Assembly: GCF_046119375.1 (NCBI RefSeq)
Contig: NW_027362767.1
Location: 415,214,001 to 415,278,000, forward strand
Reading direction: 5' to 3'
Length of the DNA stretch: 64,000 nt
Source: Phyllobates terribilis
Lineage: Eukaryota
Numbering within the stretch: position 1 is the stretch's first letter; every line of letters begins with the position of its first letter. Made by a program: the position numbers and the translations under genes. The notes beneath the pieces are model-generated. The model searched no databases, was not told the origin of the DNA, and saw only the letters and a list, made by a program, of their open reading frames with translations. Below, piece after piece: positions 13,572 to 27,614 of this stretch.

Positions 13572-16020
13572 TTAGTGGTATGACAGGAGGAGCAGTAGTA
13601 GTGCCGGTATGAGGGCGATGCTTGGGGATGATCTGGACCCCTGGCCAGAGTTGCAGAGGTCGGTGTCGCAGCAGGTATTGTGATAGGTCACGTTGACTCC
13701 CAGGGTGCTCTTCTCACCACTGATCCCACACAGACTGGTCACAGCGCAGCTCATCTCATGCAAGATAAATGGAAAGTTTTCTGTGGGAGAAAAGGGAGTG
13801 TCACTGTACAGAGGTTTCCATACTGCAATTGCCACACTCACCACAAGGGGGCTCTATACACCAGGCTTGGTAAATGTAAAGAGGAGACTGGCACCTGTCA
13901 AAAAAACAAACACCTTAGCTGTAATGCCCACAGTGACCACCAGGGGGCTGCACTTACTTGTTTTGCCGGAGGCTGTGGAGTACAGGCATCTCTCTTTGGG
14001 AGGACATTTCACTGGGAATTTAATACAGTCCATTGGGGAAAGGGTTGGAAAGAGGCAGGTGTAGCATCGCAGTCCGTGCCCTGTAGGGTTAAGCGCAGCG
14101 TTACTCCTCGGTGTCGCGGTTATGTCTGCTAGCCGCGCACAACTCTGCTTGGGCTTTAATGAATGTTTTGCAAAGTGAGACGTCCATTGCATAACCGCGT
14201 GTAATCAGGTTTCTATTTTCAGAGTCGCTTCCAGAAAAGTGGAGTTAACCATTAACCCCTTAAAGAGACTGTGTCGTCAGAAAATGACTTGTGGTTTATA
14301 ATGTAAAATGTATTTTTTTAAGGTGTTTTTTTTTTTCTATTTTACTTTTCAATTATCTAAAAAAAATATATTCAAATCTTTACATTTTTTACACAAACCA
14401 CCAGGCCTTATACCAGACTTGTACTGTGCTGCAGTCTACTTATCACAGATAGGATTATAATCTACTATATAGAGTAGACGTCACAGCTCACCTTCTCCTC
14501 CTGTACAATGACTGATAACACCTCTATATACAGTAGATAACACAGGATCCACCATTCACAATAGGTGATATCACAGCTCACCTCCTCCTCCTGTACAATG
14601 ACTGATAACACCTCTATATACAGTAGAGGACACATGATCCACCATTCACAATAGGTGATGTCACAGCTCACCTCCTCCTCCTGTACAATGACTGATAACA
14701 CCTCTATATACAATAGATAACACAGGATCCACCATTCACAATAGGTGATGTCACAGCTCACCTCCTCCTCCTCCTCCTGTACAATGACTGATAATACCTC
14801 TATATACAGTAGATAACACAGGATCCACCATTCACAATATATGATATCACAGCTCACCTTCTCCTCCTGTACAATGACTGATAACACCTCTATGTACAGT
14901 AGAGGACACAGGATCCACCGTTCACAATAAGGGATGATACAATAGCCCTATTACGTCTATGTGACCTAAAAGAGCATTTGACCAATGGTAATTTTAGTGA
15001 CACTGCCGCTTTTAAAACAAATCTGCTACTTGCCATAAATGTGTATTATTTTCCCGGTGTAAATGCCGCTGTTCTCCTGAATCCGGCGATGTTTTTCTTT
15101 TGTTCCTGCGTCTCTCCGTTCCTCATTATTCCAGGAATATAAATGTAATATTTTTAGCCAACTAGGCATAGTCCATAAGAAGACCCAGTTGAGGACCACA
15201 CCCACTTGGCTAACAAAACTAGATTTATATACATGGAAGAAGAGGACATATCTCAGGAACGGAGAGGCGCAGGAACAAAAGAAAAACATCTCTGGATTCA
15301 GGAGAACAGCGGCGTTTACACCAGGTAAAAAAAAATGACATATTGATAGAAGTGACAGGTCCACTTTACAGAGTTCCTGATACTCCTAAATGTGCACTTA
15401 GGCCGACCCTTGTGTCTCCAGGTCCTGAGATACCTACACTGTAGATACAGGCAGACGTATAGTATGGGAAGGAGGGGGCCGCAGCTTTTATTACTTCATA
15501 TCATGGAATGCCACAGTCTTTTCTAGGTTACGACTAATCACGATACCCGAGCTGCAGCAACTATTGGACCGTAATTCAGAACTGGATTCCATTCATTCCT
15601 ATGAGATGAGACGTCACAAGTCTATGTGTGTCTCAAGCTTAGAGGGATTGTGTGAGATCTGAGAAAAGGCTCTGCTGTCATTTTCTGATATGGCGCCACT
15701 CTTGTCCATAGGTTGTGTCTGGTATTGCAGCATTATTATTATAACAGGCTCTTAAAGCCAAGCATAGCTGGTGGGGAACATCTCGTGGCCATATTGCCCT
15801 TGTCTGTATTTACTGAAGATACAGAGCTATTTTTTTTTTCCCCAATTGAATAAGATCTGAACATACAAGGTGATTGTTGCAGTAAATATAGGGCTCCATG
15901 ATCAAGTCCATATCACAGTCCTTCTAAAACGTCCTCCCGCTAAAGTTCAATATATACCATTCTATTCTTACCACTTTGTATGAGGGAAGCTAAGGTCATT
16001 GCGACAATGAAGATCTTCAT
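13572..16020 (-). CDS. Ly6/uPAR (three-finger) GPI-anchored protein, 126 aa
   Basis: Exons 16020-15972 (MKIFIVAMTLASLIQS, signal peptide), 14080-13958 (GHGLRCYTCLFPTLSPMDCIKFPVKCPPKERCLYSTASGKT) and 13780-13572 (...SCAVTSLCG...TCCDTDLCN followed by a hydrophobic GPI tail). Ten Cys, CCxxxxCN motif, phase 1/1 introns. Poly(A) signal at 13437-13442. Confidence 0.9.
14500..14935. repeat. About 90-bp tandem satellite (about 5 units) in Ly6 intron 1
   Basis: Unit acaatgactgataacacctctatatacagtagataacacaggatccaccattcacaataggtgatgtcacagctcacctcctcctcctgt. Confidence 0.85.
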
Positions 16021-16065
16021 GGTTGATCCCTTCCTTGTGTGCCGCCTGTATCCCATGGCCGTCCC

Positions 16066-16071
16066 TTTATA
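16066..16071 (-). promoter_or_regulatory. Candidate TATA box of the Ly6 gene
   Basis: TATAAA on the minus strand about 50 bp upstream of the ATG at 16020. Confidence 0.5.
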
Positions 16072-18227
16072 TCTGTTTCCTTCTCCTTTATTACAAACCT
16101 CCTTCTTCTAATTAACTATAATTTCATTTATTTCCCTGGTTCTACGCCAGAATCATGGAACATAGAGGTGACGAGGATCTGGTGGTGGTGGTTTCTTAAA
16201 GAGATATTCCACCATTAAAATTTAAAAAGGTTGCCCTGGCGACCTGATGTAAACAGTGAAAAAGAGCCATTAACAGTACAACTCTGTCGCCGAAAGATTC
16301 TACTGAAGTGAATGGGAGCTGAGCGACCTGCACAGTGAACTGGGCTGCCCATTGTGTGCGTCTGGCCGCTGCTCTTACTGTTCTCCTCAATAATCTGCAA
16401 ATTAAAAAATACTTCCAATAGTCTGGCACAATCCTGACACCTCCAGTCATATCATTTTTTTTAGGTTTGCAATCCCAAAGGATTTCCATGGTGGTCGGAG
16501 TAAAATTCTTTTGGATCTACCAGAAAGTCATCATCAGGAACTTGGGATTGACCTTCAAGCTTCTTCAAAGGTGAAATTGAGATGGGGCTTGGTCCTAAGT
16601 GACCTATAATTATGGGCCCACCACAAGGTCCTATGGTGGAGAAGCCCATCAACCATCATATTCTTCAATCCACATCTTCAACCTTCATATTCTTCAACCC
16701 TGAGCATTATATGATCAGAGGCCCAATTCAGTATTGCATTTGGGCCTTTTTTTTTTTTTTGCTTACTTTTTTATGTTTTTTGCTCTTTTTATTCTTTTTT
16801 TTTTTTCTTTTTATGGGGTTTTTTTGCCCATTTTATTCTTGTTTTTTTTATTTAGCAATTTTTTAACCTCAAACATGGGTTCTTAATGTTTGTTATTGTA
16901 GGATGAGTTTGAGGTTTCTAGATAGTTTTGACTGATTCATACTTTAAAAAAAACAAAAAACTTGGCACATTTTTGAAGAAATATACTCCATTCTCTCCCC
17001 TCAGAGTAATCTTTTCCCTGGCTGAATTTTTTTTTTCTTGGGGGAGGGGGGAGGCAATTTTTGCATCAGAACATGTGACTTTTCATGCTAAAAAAATCAA
17101 AGCCAAAAATAAAGAGCATTTTCGATTTTGCAAAATTTCGTGATCCGTATTGAAGAATTTGATGCAGAAAATGGCACTGAATAGCAGGAGACAAACAAAG
17201 GTGATAGAAGATAAACCTGTAAATTATGAATCAAGCCCCAAATTTTAGACCTTCAAGATGCAAATTGTCTCTTCAAAGGAAGAGGACTAGAACTCTAGTG
17301 CCACCCATGGAGACCTTCAAGATGAATGTTGGTCTCTCTCCTAGGGATGTTTTATTACATCTGAAAGGTGGAGCTGGTCCTTGAGGACCATGAGGGTCAT
17401 ATGTATGAGCGGGATATGTCAGAAACCTCTCTAGAAAGTTCTGTAACATCCCAACCATGGATGATCATGTATGGACCAGGCACAGGACTATGGACATTGC
17501 TCTTCTTCCTGCCCCGCACCGCATCTTCCCCAAGAGTAACACCTAGGAACTAACTTTTAGACATATATTAATAAGTCGGAACATCTGCTCGGACATTTTA
17601 CTAAATTCCAATGAACCCTTTTAAGAATTTTCTAGCTTCAATGGAGAACATGACCCATGTCTAATCTCTGACAGTACCTGATACCCCATGGAGATGGAGC
17701 ACTAGGAGGGTTGGGGGCTTTATGACAGATGGCCTGTGATACTCTGGAAGGATAATAAGCCGCTGTGTTCAGGCCGCACATCGCTCCTCAGTGACTCACA
17801 ATAACTGTGTGTGGACATCCTCGTGATTATCACAAGGAATGGGACCTCCCATTATAAGAAGCGCGGAGGGGGCAGGGATGCCGTCTCACACTGACTCTTT
17901 GTCCGGTGATTCTGCTTCTTATCTATTCATTTTTTTTTTCTTAAGAAATTGGGGAGGATTTTAGGACATTGGGCAATGAGGTGAATAGAGGATGGCTCCT
18001 TGGCAATGATATAAATGAAGTCCCTTTCAGGAGCTTCTTGACACCAGCACTCTATCTAGTGCATTTACCACTTTTTTTTCGTTGGAACAACCTTACAGAT
18101 CACATTCCTTTGAAAAAAAAAATTAAAATGGGCAAAAGAGCAAAATCCGAGGGCCACATAACAACTGCAGGCTCTGCTTTCATACGGTGTATGGTCTTGG
18201 AAATGAAGGTGCCTCTTACTTCTGCAC

Positions 18228-18985
18228 TGGTGAGAGGTGCTGCTGACATGGCATCTGACTGCTGCTTACCAGGTATCCTGAACGGCCAACAGGTATCGTG
18301 CACAACCAGCAAGTATTGTGCCAGGCCAACAGTCGTCGTTCCATGCCAACAGGCATCATGTCGGGCAAGCAGGCGTCGTGCGGGGCCAACAGGTATTGGG
18401 CACAACCAGCATGTAATATGCCAGTCCAGCAGGTGTTGTACACGGCCAACAGGCGTTGAGCAAGGTCAGCAGGTATTGTACACAGCCAACAGGCATCGTG
18501 CACAACCAGCAGGTATTGTGGACGGCCAGCAGGTATTGTACACAGCCAACAGGCATCGTGCCGAGCCAACAGGCATCGTGCACAACCGGCAAGTATTGTG
18601 CACGGCCAACAGGCATCGTGCCAGGCCAACAAGCATCGTGCACAACCAGCAGGTATCGTGCACGGCCAGCAGGTATCGTGCAAGGCCAGCAAGTATTGTG
18701 GACAGCCAGCAGGTATCGTGCACGGCCAGCTGGTATCGTGCAAGGCCAGCAAGTATTGTGGACAACCAGCAAGTATCGTGCACAACCTGCAAGTATTGTG
18801 CAAGGCCAGCAGGTATCGCGCACAACCAGCAAGTATTGTGGACTGCCAGCATGTATCGTGCACAGCCAGTGTCCTGAAAGGCCAGCAGGCATCCTGCACC
18901 ATCCTATTTTTAAGAGTAGGAAGCATGCACGATACCTGGTAAGCAGCTGACAGAACATCAGCAGCGCCTCTAACCACCTGATGCC
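18228..18985. repeat. 20-bp-unit minisatellite bounded by about 55-bp inverted repeats (foldback/MITE-like)
   Basis: Units gtatcgtgcacggccagcag. The left end ...gctgcttaccaggtatc is mirrored by gatacctggtaagcagc at about 18930-18947. Confidence 0.7.
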
Positions 18986-19638
18986 TGCTTGCACGTTGCA
19001 GTCACACTTCACCCACACAAGCTGCATTCACAAAGGTGCGTAACTTTTTTTTTTTTGCAATCATGGTAGAGCCGCTACATTTGGGAAAATCGTGGCAAAA
19101 CTGTTTTGGCTGCAATTACGGGGGAAAAGAAAAACACAACCCAGCCGCAGCATGTGAACCAGTGTAAATCTTGCGCCCTGGATATCAATCCTACCAGGTT
19201 GACATCTGCTTCTTTTTTTTTCACTCCTTGATTCTAATGTCTATCTATGTACCCGAGATCAGAGAAGCTGAGCCGGTCTGTGGACATGGACCCATATGAA
19301 TGAATACATCGCCGTAGACTGTGTTGGTGCTATACAAACAATGCACGATCGCTACATCCTGGGAGACTTTTTACAATGATTTCCATTCTTAATTCCACCC
19401 CCCTCCCGTCATCTGCATTTCATTAGGTGCAATAATTAGTAAAGCTGACGGCAGAGACATGTGATAGCATTTTATTTCATTCACTGACGGATGAAGAACA
19501 TACAAGTGATTCTGTAGAGCGTGTGTGTGAATAGGTCGGACCCCCGCTGACACTGACTCCTTTTACTGAACCATCAGTGTTAATTTGTAGGAACGAGGAA
19601 CGACCCTTTTAGCTTCGCGGCTCCTTCCTGGCATTGAT

Positions 19639-20341
19639 CTAATCGTCTCCCACCACCTCGTTTGTCATCGCTCCACTTGGCTTTATTCCATCCTTGTCCT
19701 TCTTCCCTTTCTTTCCTCTTTTGCCACCACACTGACACCTCTGCACCCACATAACCTGGCGGGTGACCTTCCGGTTGAGTTGGGAACACCGAAATAACAC
19801 CGGGCGCGTCTCGCTCAGTGAAGGTGTGCACAAACGTCCATCTGAGCAAAGGCCACAGAATTTGGGAAGTAAGGGGCGGCTTGACAGACAGTCACGGAAA
19901 CGGAGATGTGACGGGTGGGACCAGCGCATGACATGGCTGCAGACGTTGTTTGCCTTCAGGACCTGCCGGAAAAACAAGAGGATAGAAATAATAGAAACCA
20001 GTATAATTCACAGCCTAAAGCTCGGCCACATAGCAGATGTGTCTGATATCACTGAGCGGGGGCCGGCCCCGGGGTTATGCGAGTCTTTGGCTTACAGTCT
20101 CGGTAGCCCCTCTTCGCTTTCAATTTTTTCTCCAACTTTTTCTATTTGCATCAGGACTTGTTTTTCTATTTGTGGTACGAGCTACAGTTATTATCATTAC
20201 TATTTTTGGGGTCCGATTTCTTTTTATTCAATTTTTTCCGGCGAGGAGGAAAAGTGGCATCAAAAAACAGCAATTCTGCATTTTCAATGTTTTGGCATTC
20301 ACCGTATATGAAAAATATTATATTTTATTAGTTCAGACACC

Positions 20342-20395
<54 letters not shown>

Positions 20396-23300
20396 TCCAG
20401 GAAAATATATGAACTTTTATATTTAACTTTTCATCTTCTTGGTCCCCTAAGGGAACTTTAAATCACATATACAATACATAATAATATTGTAATAATTGCA
20501 GTTTATTGTACAACTACCTTTCTCCTATGAAGCCCAGTCACAGGTATGCAGTCACTGGAGCCTTCGGTAGGCCCCTGTTTGCCATTAAAACGCCATTAAC
20601 TCCCAATAATTTTGTTGCCCCACCTCCCCCCGCAAATATTATCCCAATGCCAATCTCTTAAATGCCACTGTCACAATTGAAAACAGGATCTTCCTACAAT
20701 CAAAGCAGTTAGACTCAGGTGCCAGCTGTATAATACTGCCGGCACCCTCCCCTTATGGAGAGGGCTACACTCCGGAGCCCCCTCCGCACATGCAGTGCAT
20801 ACATAGAGTCTAGGCCGAATGGCTTTTCGCTTCACACATTGGGCCCCGGCACTTGCCCCAAGTTTTCTTGTGACCCTCTTCTATTCTTACCGTGTAGTTG
20901 GCGCTGGGGTATTGGCCCTTGCAGGGTCTGATCATACAGATCCTCTTCTCAGCTTTAGGGATACAAGTTTCCTTCTCGTAGATTATTCGCACCGAGTTCC
21001 CAAATCCACATGTGCGGGAACATGGTGTCCACTCAGTATCTGGTTGGCAGTGGAGAGGTTCTTCCGGCGGTTCCTCATCCTGTTCTGGATCTGCGGAACA
21101 TAATGAATATGAGATGTTGCATAACCTTTGCTTATTGCTGGATGGAGAATGAGGTAACCAAGGATCTGTCAGTGAACTTCTTCTAACAGGAAAGTTTATA
21201 ACCCTTATCTTTGTTCTTCTGAGCTCCTCTCAGCCAATTTAGGACCTAATGGTTCAGCTCAACTTTCACGTGGTCAGAAATCAGCTGTGATCAGAAGGAA
21301 GATGAGAGGTATAAACACTTCTGTCAGAATGAGCTCACTAATAGATTCTCAGTTAACTCATTCTGCAGCCAACAATAGACAGTGTGACACAGAGTCTATA
21401 GGAGGAAAATGGTGCAACATTTTTTAATTGTTCCCATTTGCAAAAATTATTTTTAGCCAAAAATACATCCATCTAATAAAAATAAAATGCCTTTAAGGGG
21501 GTCCAATTTTTTTTATAAAAGTTGTCCAGGATTAGAAATACAGGTCTGTCTCGGATACTTTTAAAGCCATGGGCCATAGAAAAGGTTTTGCATTTATAGC
21601 ATAAGACTGCCCAATCAAGTAACTCCTAGAAGACTTACAGGGACTTGTACATACTTGGAGGGCACTTTGCTGACCTCCTTTTCAAAAGTTTGGGGTAAGA
21701 TGGATATTTAGGGAGCACAGATGTACTAACTAATTCATAGAACCGATTCCTTACGCCATCCATCTTATTATTTATTTATATAGCGCCATTGATCTTATGG
21801 GCGGTCACTTGTCACTCGGACGTTCTTGCACCATCGCGTGTCTCCTCTGCCACCACCACCCACATATCTATTCCGACCCCCGTATTAAGCTCCGCACTCA
21901 GATCTATCTCACCACCTGAATCAGCGGCGTCTCTTCTGGTCCTGATATTTGCCTCCTCATCCGTAGACTTATCTTCTAGAGTTGGGTAGACATTACTGGG
22001 TTCAGTTGAGTCTTCAAGCCCACTTGACTCCTCCAGACATCTCCACTGGGCACAGCACTGACCTGGAACTATGAGAACAGTCCGTATGTTAATGAACGTC
22101 CTTACAATGGCCGAAGTATGAAATGTGGAGAACCCAAACAAACCCCCTGATCATAAGATCGTCACAAAGGGTTGCACAGGATTCAGAAAAACATGGCGGC
22201 TTTCTTCTAAAAATGGGACCAAACCTGTCAATGGGTTGTGTCTGGTACCACAGCTCATAAACAGGAGAATTCAGCTCACCCTTGATGGAAACTAATACAA
22301 GTTTCTGGTGTGGAGAAGCCCAGAGTCTCGTTTCTGCCTGACGTTGGTTATGATTGTGAAGAAGGTGAATCCAGCTTCAATCCATAAAATGTAAATCCAA
22401 AGCCGAGTTTAAGAACGCAGCAGTCGTTCGAAACGCGTCCGGTTTCACCTCCTTGCACCCTCATCCCCAATCATGACTATGTCTAGGCATATTTCATTGA
22501 TACCATGTTCACTTTTAATCATGAAATAAAGGATTTAAATTTTATGGATTGAAGCTGAACTCTAGTTCTTCACAAGCATACCACAGCTCGTCCCCATTGA
22601 AGTGAATAGGGCTGACCTGATATTCCATATACAACCTATGCACAGGTGCAGCAGTTTTTGGAAAAAAAAGATTTAACAAATTTTTAGAATCCCATGGCAT
22701 AAAAGCAGAGAGCATGGGAAAGGAGATTACATGGGTTATGCAAAAGGAGAAAGAAGAAACAACGCCACGCTTGCTTATAGACTAAGTCTGGTATTGCAGC
22801 TCATCTATTTTAGAGTGAACTGATATAAGTTGCAATACCCGACACAGCCTATGAGTAAGAGGGGCGCTGTTTCTGGAACAAATATGTTTTGAACTTTTGT
22901 AAACATAGTCCTGCCGCCCCTATATGCCTCCTATACCCGTCTATATGCCATATATGCCCTTACCAGTCACTAATCGCATTTCTTTGCAGTTGGGGTTGGT
23001 GGGTTTCTCCAGTGGGGGGCACAGAGGGACACAGCGGATATTTCCATTCTCACATTTGCAGTAACTTTCACAGTCCAGCTCAAACTCTTGTCCATGGAGA
23101 ATCTCATTGCTGTTGTGGAGACAAGATTGTCGCCCATGATGGACTAAAAAAGGGGTGAAAAACAAATTATCGGTCAGTTCCACTTTGCTGTTCATAAAAT
23201 AAGTTTTTTGAGCTTTTTTTTTTTCTTTAACCCCTGAAGGTAAAAAAAAGAAAAAAAAAGCACATGTCACATCTGATGGAATCTGCTCCAAACTAAACAC

Positions 23301-24568
23301 TGTCAAATCTAAGAGGGGATGTCCAGTTTTAAGTTACAAGTCTACAGTCGCTTTACTCTTTAGAGACTGCTAAAAATAAATAGGAAAACACTTAAGAAAA
23401 AAAAATTTCCCTAAACTTTTCAAAACCACTTTAGGAAAAGAAAAAACTTCCCCAAAAAAATCAGAGAGTTTCCTGAAGCAGTTTTCTGGGGAAGAACCGA
23501 ACACAAAGGGAGAAATTTTTTATTATTTATTTTGCTTTTTTTTTTTTTGTGAAAGTTCATCTTTTAGTCATTTTTAATTTATGATGGCTTTTTGCAACAT
23601 TTTTACACTAGTTATTTCAGTCCTGACCATATTTTGGGTTGACCCGACAATGTGGACGTAGATTTTATTATCCAGATGTTCTCAGCTAATTCATCATTTG
23701 TGAAAATTTTGCCCCAATGGTAAAAAATTCTAATTTTTAATTTGCCTAATTGAAAATTGATGGGCAACTTTTTAAAACTTATCGAAGGGATTATACAACT
23801 TTTCACTCTTAAGGGCACAAAATGACTGCAAAACAGGAAAAAAAAGTATCTTAATTTGTGCCAAATTTATCAAACATTGTGCGTGAATTTTGATGCATCT
23901 GGAGCAAAGTCCACTAACAAAAACACAATTAATGAATCAGGGCCAATATATATTAAAAAGTTTCAAAACTATTCATTATATAGTTAATAGGCTTATTTAT
24001 TTAAAAGACATTCTGTCAGCACAAAATGACTGTTCAAACCAAGCACAGGCGCTTAGTGCACCCTTGGTGTGGCCAAACAGTTCAATGCACCTCTAGGACC
24101 ACACTCATCTCTGATATGGGGGCACTTCACTTAAAGCTGCAGAACAGCATCGTCTAGCCTAATTGTTGAGGTGACCAACTCATTGAATGTGGTAGAAGAA
24201 GATAATATGACAAACCCTTGCAGACTCCTTTCCGTACGCTTGGGTCTTCCTGATAGTCGCAGATCAGATTTCTAGTAGCATCACACGGTCTAAGCCCATC
24301 ACATTCAGAGCCAAGGCCTCGGACACAAACTGTGCACCTGCAACCGCAAGAGTCCAGCACCGGAGCAGCTCCTGGGGGACATGTAGGGACTTCCGAGCAC
24401 TCACAAGTTAGAGGACATCCCTTAAGGACAAGAAACAAGAATATACATTAGTACATATAGAGTAATGCAGAATTAATGGATCACAGAGAAAAAAAATCCT
24501 ACCAGTCTCTTGCCTAATGTACATGTCACACATAATAACATCAAGGCAAATTCAATATATGAGGCCAT
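19639..24568 (-). CDS. Divergent CCN-family matricellular protein (IGFBP-VWC-TSP1-CT), 376 aa, 6 exons
   Basis: Exons 24568-24503 (signal MASYIEFALMLLCVTCTLGKRL), 24420-24216 (IGFBP, 12 Cys), 23143-22964 and 22068-21913 (VWC, 10 Cys, plus hinge), 21090-20891 (TSP1, EWTPCSRTCG, 6 Cys) and 19962-19639 (cystine knot, FCGLCSDGR...FRC...RCQC). Phases 0,1,1,1,0 are consistent, with no stops. Poly(A) signal at 19471-19476. Confidence 0.88.
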
Positions 24569-26971
24569 TTCCAAGCATTAGCAGAGACGTCTGCAAGGAA
24601 TCCCACAAGAAGCTGCCACTCTATATACATCAACATGGCCTCCTGCCATTGGCCAGACGAATACTATTTACACCAAGAATAGGATGCCTGTGTCGGGAGA
24701 TAATGGCGCGGATATGAGATAGGAAGGAAGGGTGATAGTCACGTCTTATTTTCAGAAGTTCTAGTACTTAAAGATGAAGTTATTATTAAGCATTTCTGCT
24801 CCCCTTTTCCGATAATAAGCCAAGTACAGGGTGTCCTACTGTTTAGAACCCCATCGATCAATTGCAATCTGAAGAAAAACCTGACAGCAAAGTGTTCCCT
24901 CCCTCTGCAGCTCCCCCGCAGGGGTAATGAAGCATTACACGATGCAAAATCATTTTGACTCCCCTACACTGTTATTTACTTGATGTCCAATTCACCATAT
25001 TCAGTCAAGTCAATGGCGGCGATTTCGCAGTGAAATCGCCCTAGAATTGGTCTTGCTGTGGATTTTACCGCAATGCGAATTCGTTGCGGACATTTCCGCA
25101 TGATGTGCACAGCACATGCGGATTTGCATTGCAGTAAATGGCAGACCTATTACAAGCGATTTTAATGCGTTTTCGCAGCGAAAATACGATGCAAAAACAC
25201 ATTAAAATCGCTTAGTGTGCACATAGCCTCTATATGACTGCTCGTTCTCACTGCCAGCACTGGAGAATCCTCACAGAGCGCAGAGTGACTGCAGACTTTC
25301 GTGATAAATCTGGACAATCCCTTTAAGTATATCCATGAGCTTTGATTTGTACTATACTCAGCATGGTGGCTCAGTGGTTAGCACTGCAGACTTGCAACAC
25401 TGGGGTCCTGGGTTGAAATCCCACCAAGGACAACATCTGCAAGGAGATTGTATGTTCTCCCCGTGTTTGTGTGGGTTTCCTCCAGGTTCTCTGGTTTACT
25501 CCCACACTCTGGGATATTAAAAGGGTTTTTCTATGGACATTAAAAAGTTTTGATAGAGAATTTAAATTGTGAGTCCCAATGGGGACAGTGCCGATAATGT
25601 CTGTAAAGCGCTGTGGAATTAATTATATAAGTGAGCAAAATAAATAAAAATAATACCATAGTATTGCATTAAAACGTACAAACGATTGCAGAGTCAAATC
25701 TCCACTGGGTGCAAATAAGTAGAAAAGTTTTTACAAATATAAAAATTTCAAATCACATCCGTTTTTCCAGTTACAAAATAAAAAAAATTACTAAAATAAA
25801 AAATAAACATATTCAGAATCACTACATCTGTAAAAGTCCAATCTATGGAAATGTATAGTTATATAACCCCTAAGGTAAGGCCCTGGCAGCGCTCAATCAA
25901 AGGAAAAATAAAAAAAGTTATGGATCTCGGAAAATTGTAACAAAAGCAAATTTTATTACATTTTTTTTTACAAAGTCCATGATTATTAAAAGCCACCAGA
26001 ATAATAAAAATAAAACCTGTACAAGTCTGAAATTGCTGTAATCCTACTGACCTGAAAAATTATGGCTCTTGGAAGAAGGGGAGGAAAAAGACAAAAGCGC
26101 AAAAATGGAAAATGGGGTTGATCACTAGTTTGTAATAATCCATAGTGAGTAATACTGGAGAAAGGTGCCACTCCTATAGGCCAGGTTCAGACGGGCGTAT
26201 GCAAAGCCGACCATTTTTCCTCCAGAAAAAATAAACAAAATAAGCAATTTTTCATTCATATTGTCATCCATATGTCCATTTTTCACATCTGTATGTTTTT
26301 TTTACATCCATATCCTGTTTTTACTGAGTAATTTAATAAATAATAAAAGGCCAAATACAGTTTCCCATGTTAATAATTGTAACGGGTCTGTGCAAAATGC
26401 ATGACATATGGTTGGTAACCTGTTTCATATGGTTGGTAACCCGTTTCATATGGTTGGTAACCCGTTTTTTTAATCCCGAATTTAGGGATTGTCTGTTTTT
26501 CATCCGTACGGCATCCAGTTTTGTATTTGGTTTTATATTATTTCTTAAATTGTTTATGTAAAAGTCATAAGCCGCACAAAGGTAAAAAACAGCCATATGG
26601 ATTGCGTAATGATGACAATATGGATGAAAAACAGACGATTTTGCATAGATTTGGCATTATATTGGGTGAGTCGAAGATCAAAGTCATGTAGACTGCGATT
26701 TTTTACAACGCAGACCATTGGTCCATGTGTAAAAAAAAATGTATGTGAACACTTGCGTTGGTCAGTGTGCTCTCCGTATGCTACGCATTCCGCGTATGCT
26801 CAGCACACTGACAGATTATACACTCATCTGATCGAGCGCTAATACTGGGATTCCTGCACCTCTGATATATAAATAACCGTTCATAGGATTCCCCTTCATC
26901 ACATTGTGCATTATTCTCTATATATGGAGTCATCCGCACAGTACAGCTTCTGTTCCTCTAATTATATATAT

Positions 26972-27029
<58 letters not shown>

Positions 27030-27527
27030 GGTATATATATATTCACATACATACATATATAATGCACACACATATATACCGTATATAATATATTATAATA
27101 CACATTACATATACATTATATATAGTATATATGAGAATATTCTGACACACGGAGGCATAAGACATATGGAGCAAAGCTGTAAAATATGACTATAAAATCT
27201 AATGATATTTCATAGACTGACCCCATTTAGAAGCATTTCCCTTGTTTATTAATATACAACCACAAAGGAAAAAAAAAACATTATAATGGAAAGTGCAGCC
27301 TCCCTTTTATAAAGGTCACGGGAAATCATCTGGTATATACAGATAATAAGGCATCATGTGTACACACCACTATGGGAGTATACGGATAGGTCTATGGACG
27401 GCGTATTACAAGTTTTCTGTTGGATATTTTGTGTAATGAAGGGTTCAGGTGTCCCTTATATATGGGACTCTTCTCCGCTAGAGGCAATTATTGGGGCAAA
27501 TTTATTAAAAAAGGGCATCTGTCTGCT

Positions 27528-27614
27528 GCCCATAGCAACCAATCACAGCGCAGCTTTCATTTTAACAGAGCTATTTTAAAAATGAAAGCTGAGCTCTGAT
27601 TGGTTGCTATGGGC
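27528..27614. mobile_element. Short palindromic MITE-like hairpin
   Basis: gcccatagcaaccaatca...gctttcatttt / aaaatgaaagc...tgattggttgctatgggc forms a near-perfect inverted repeat. Confidence 0.6.

Noticed and set aside
16400-17600. Coding-looking patches between the Ly6 promoter and the CCN 3' end
   Set aside because: Short ORFs with no recognisable motif or splice-consistent structure. Probably old repeat debris.
17969-19027. Several 110-300-aa overlapping ORFs
   Set aside because: They come from the 20-bp tandem repeat and are open in many frames on both strands.
21812-21912. Read-through of CCN exon 4 to a stop at 21812
   Set aside because: A strong G|GTGAGA donor at 21913 gives the correct phase into the TSP1 exon.
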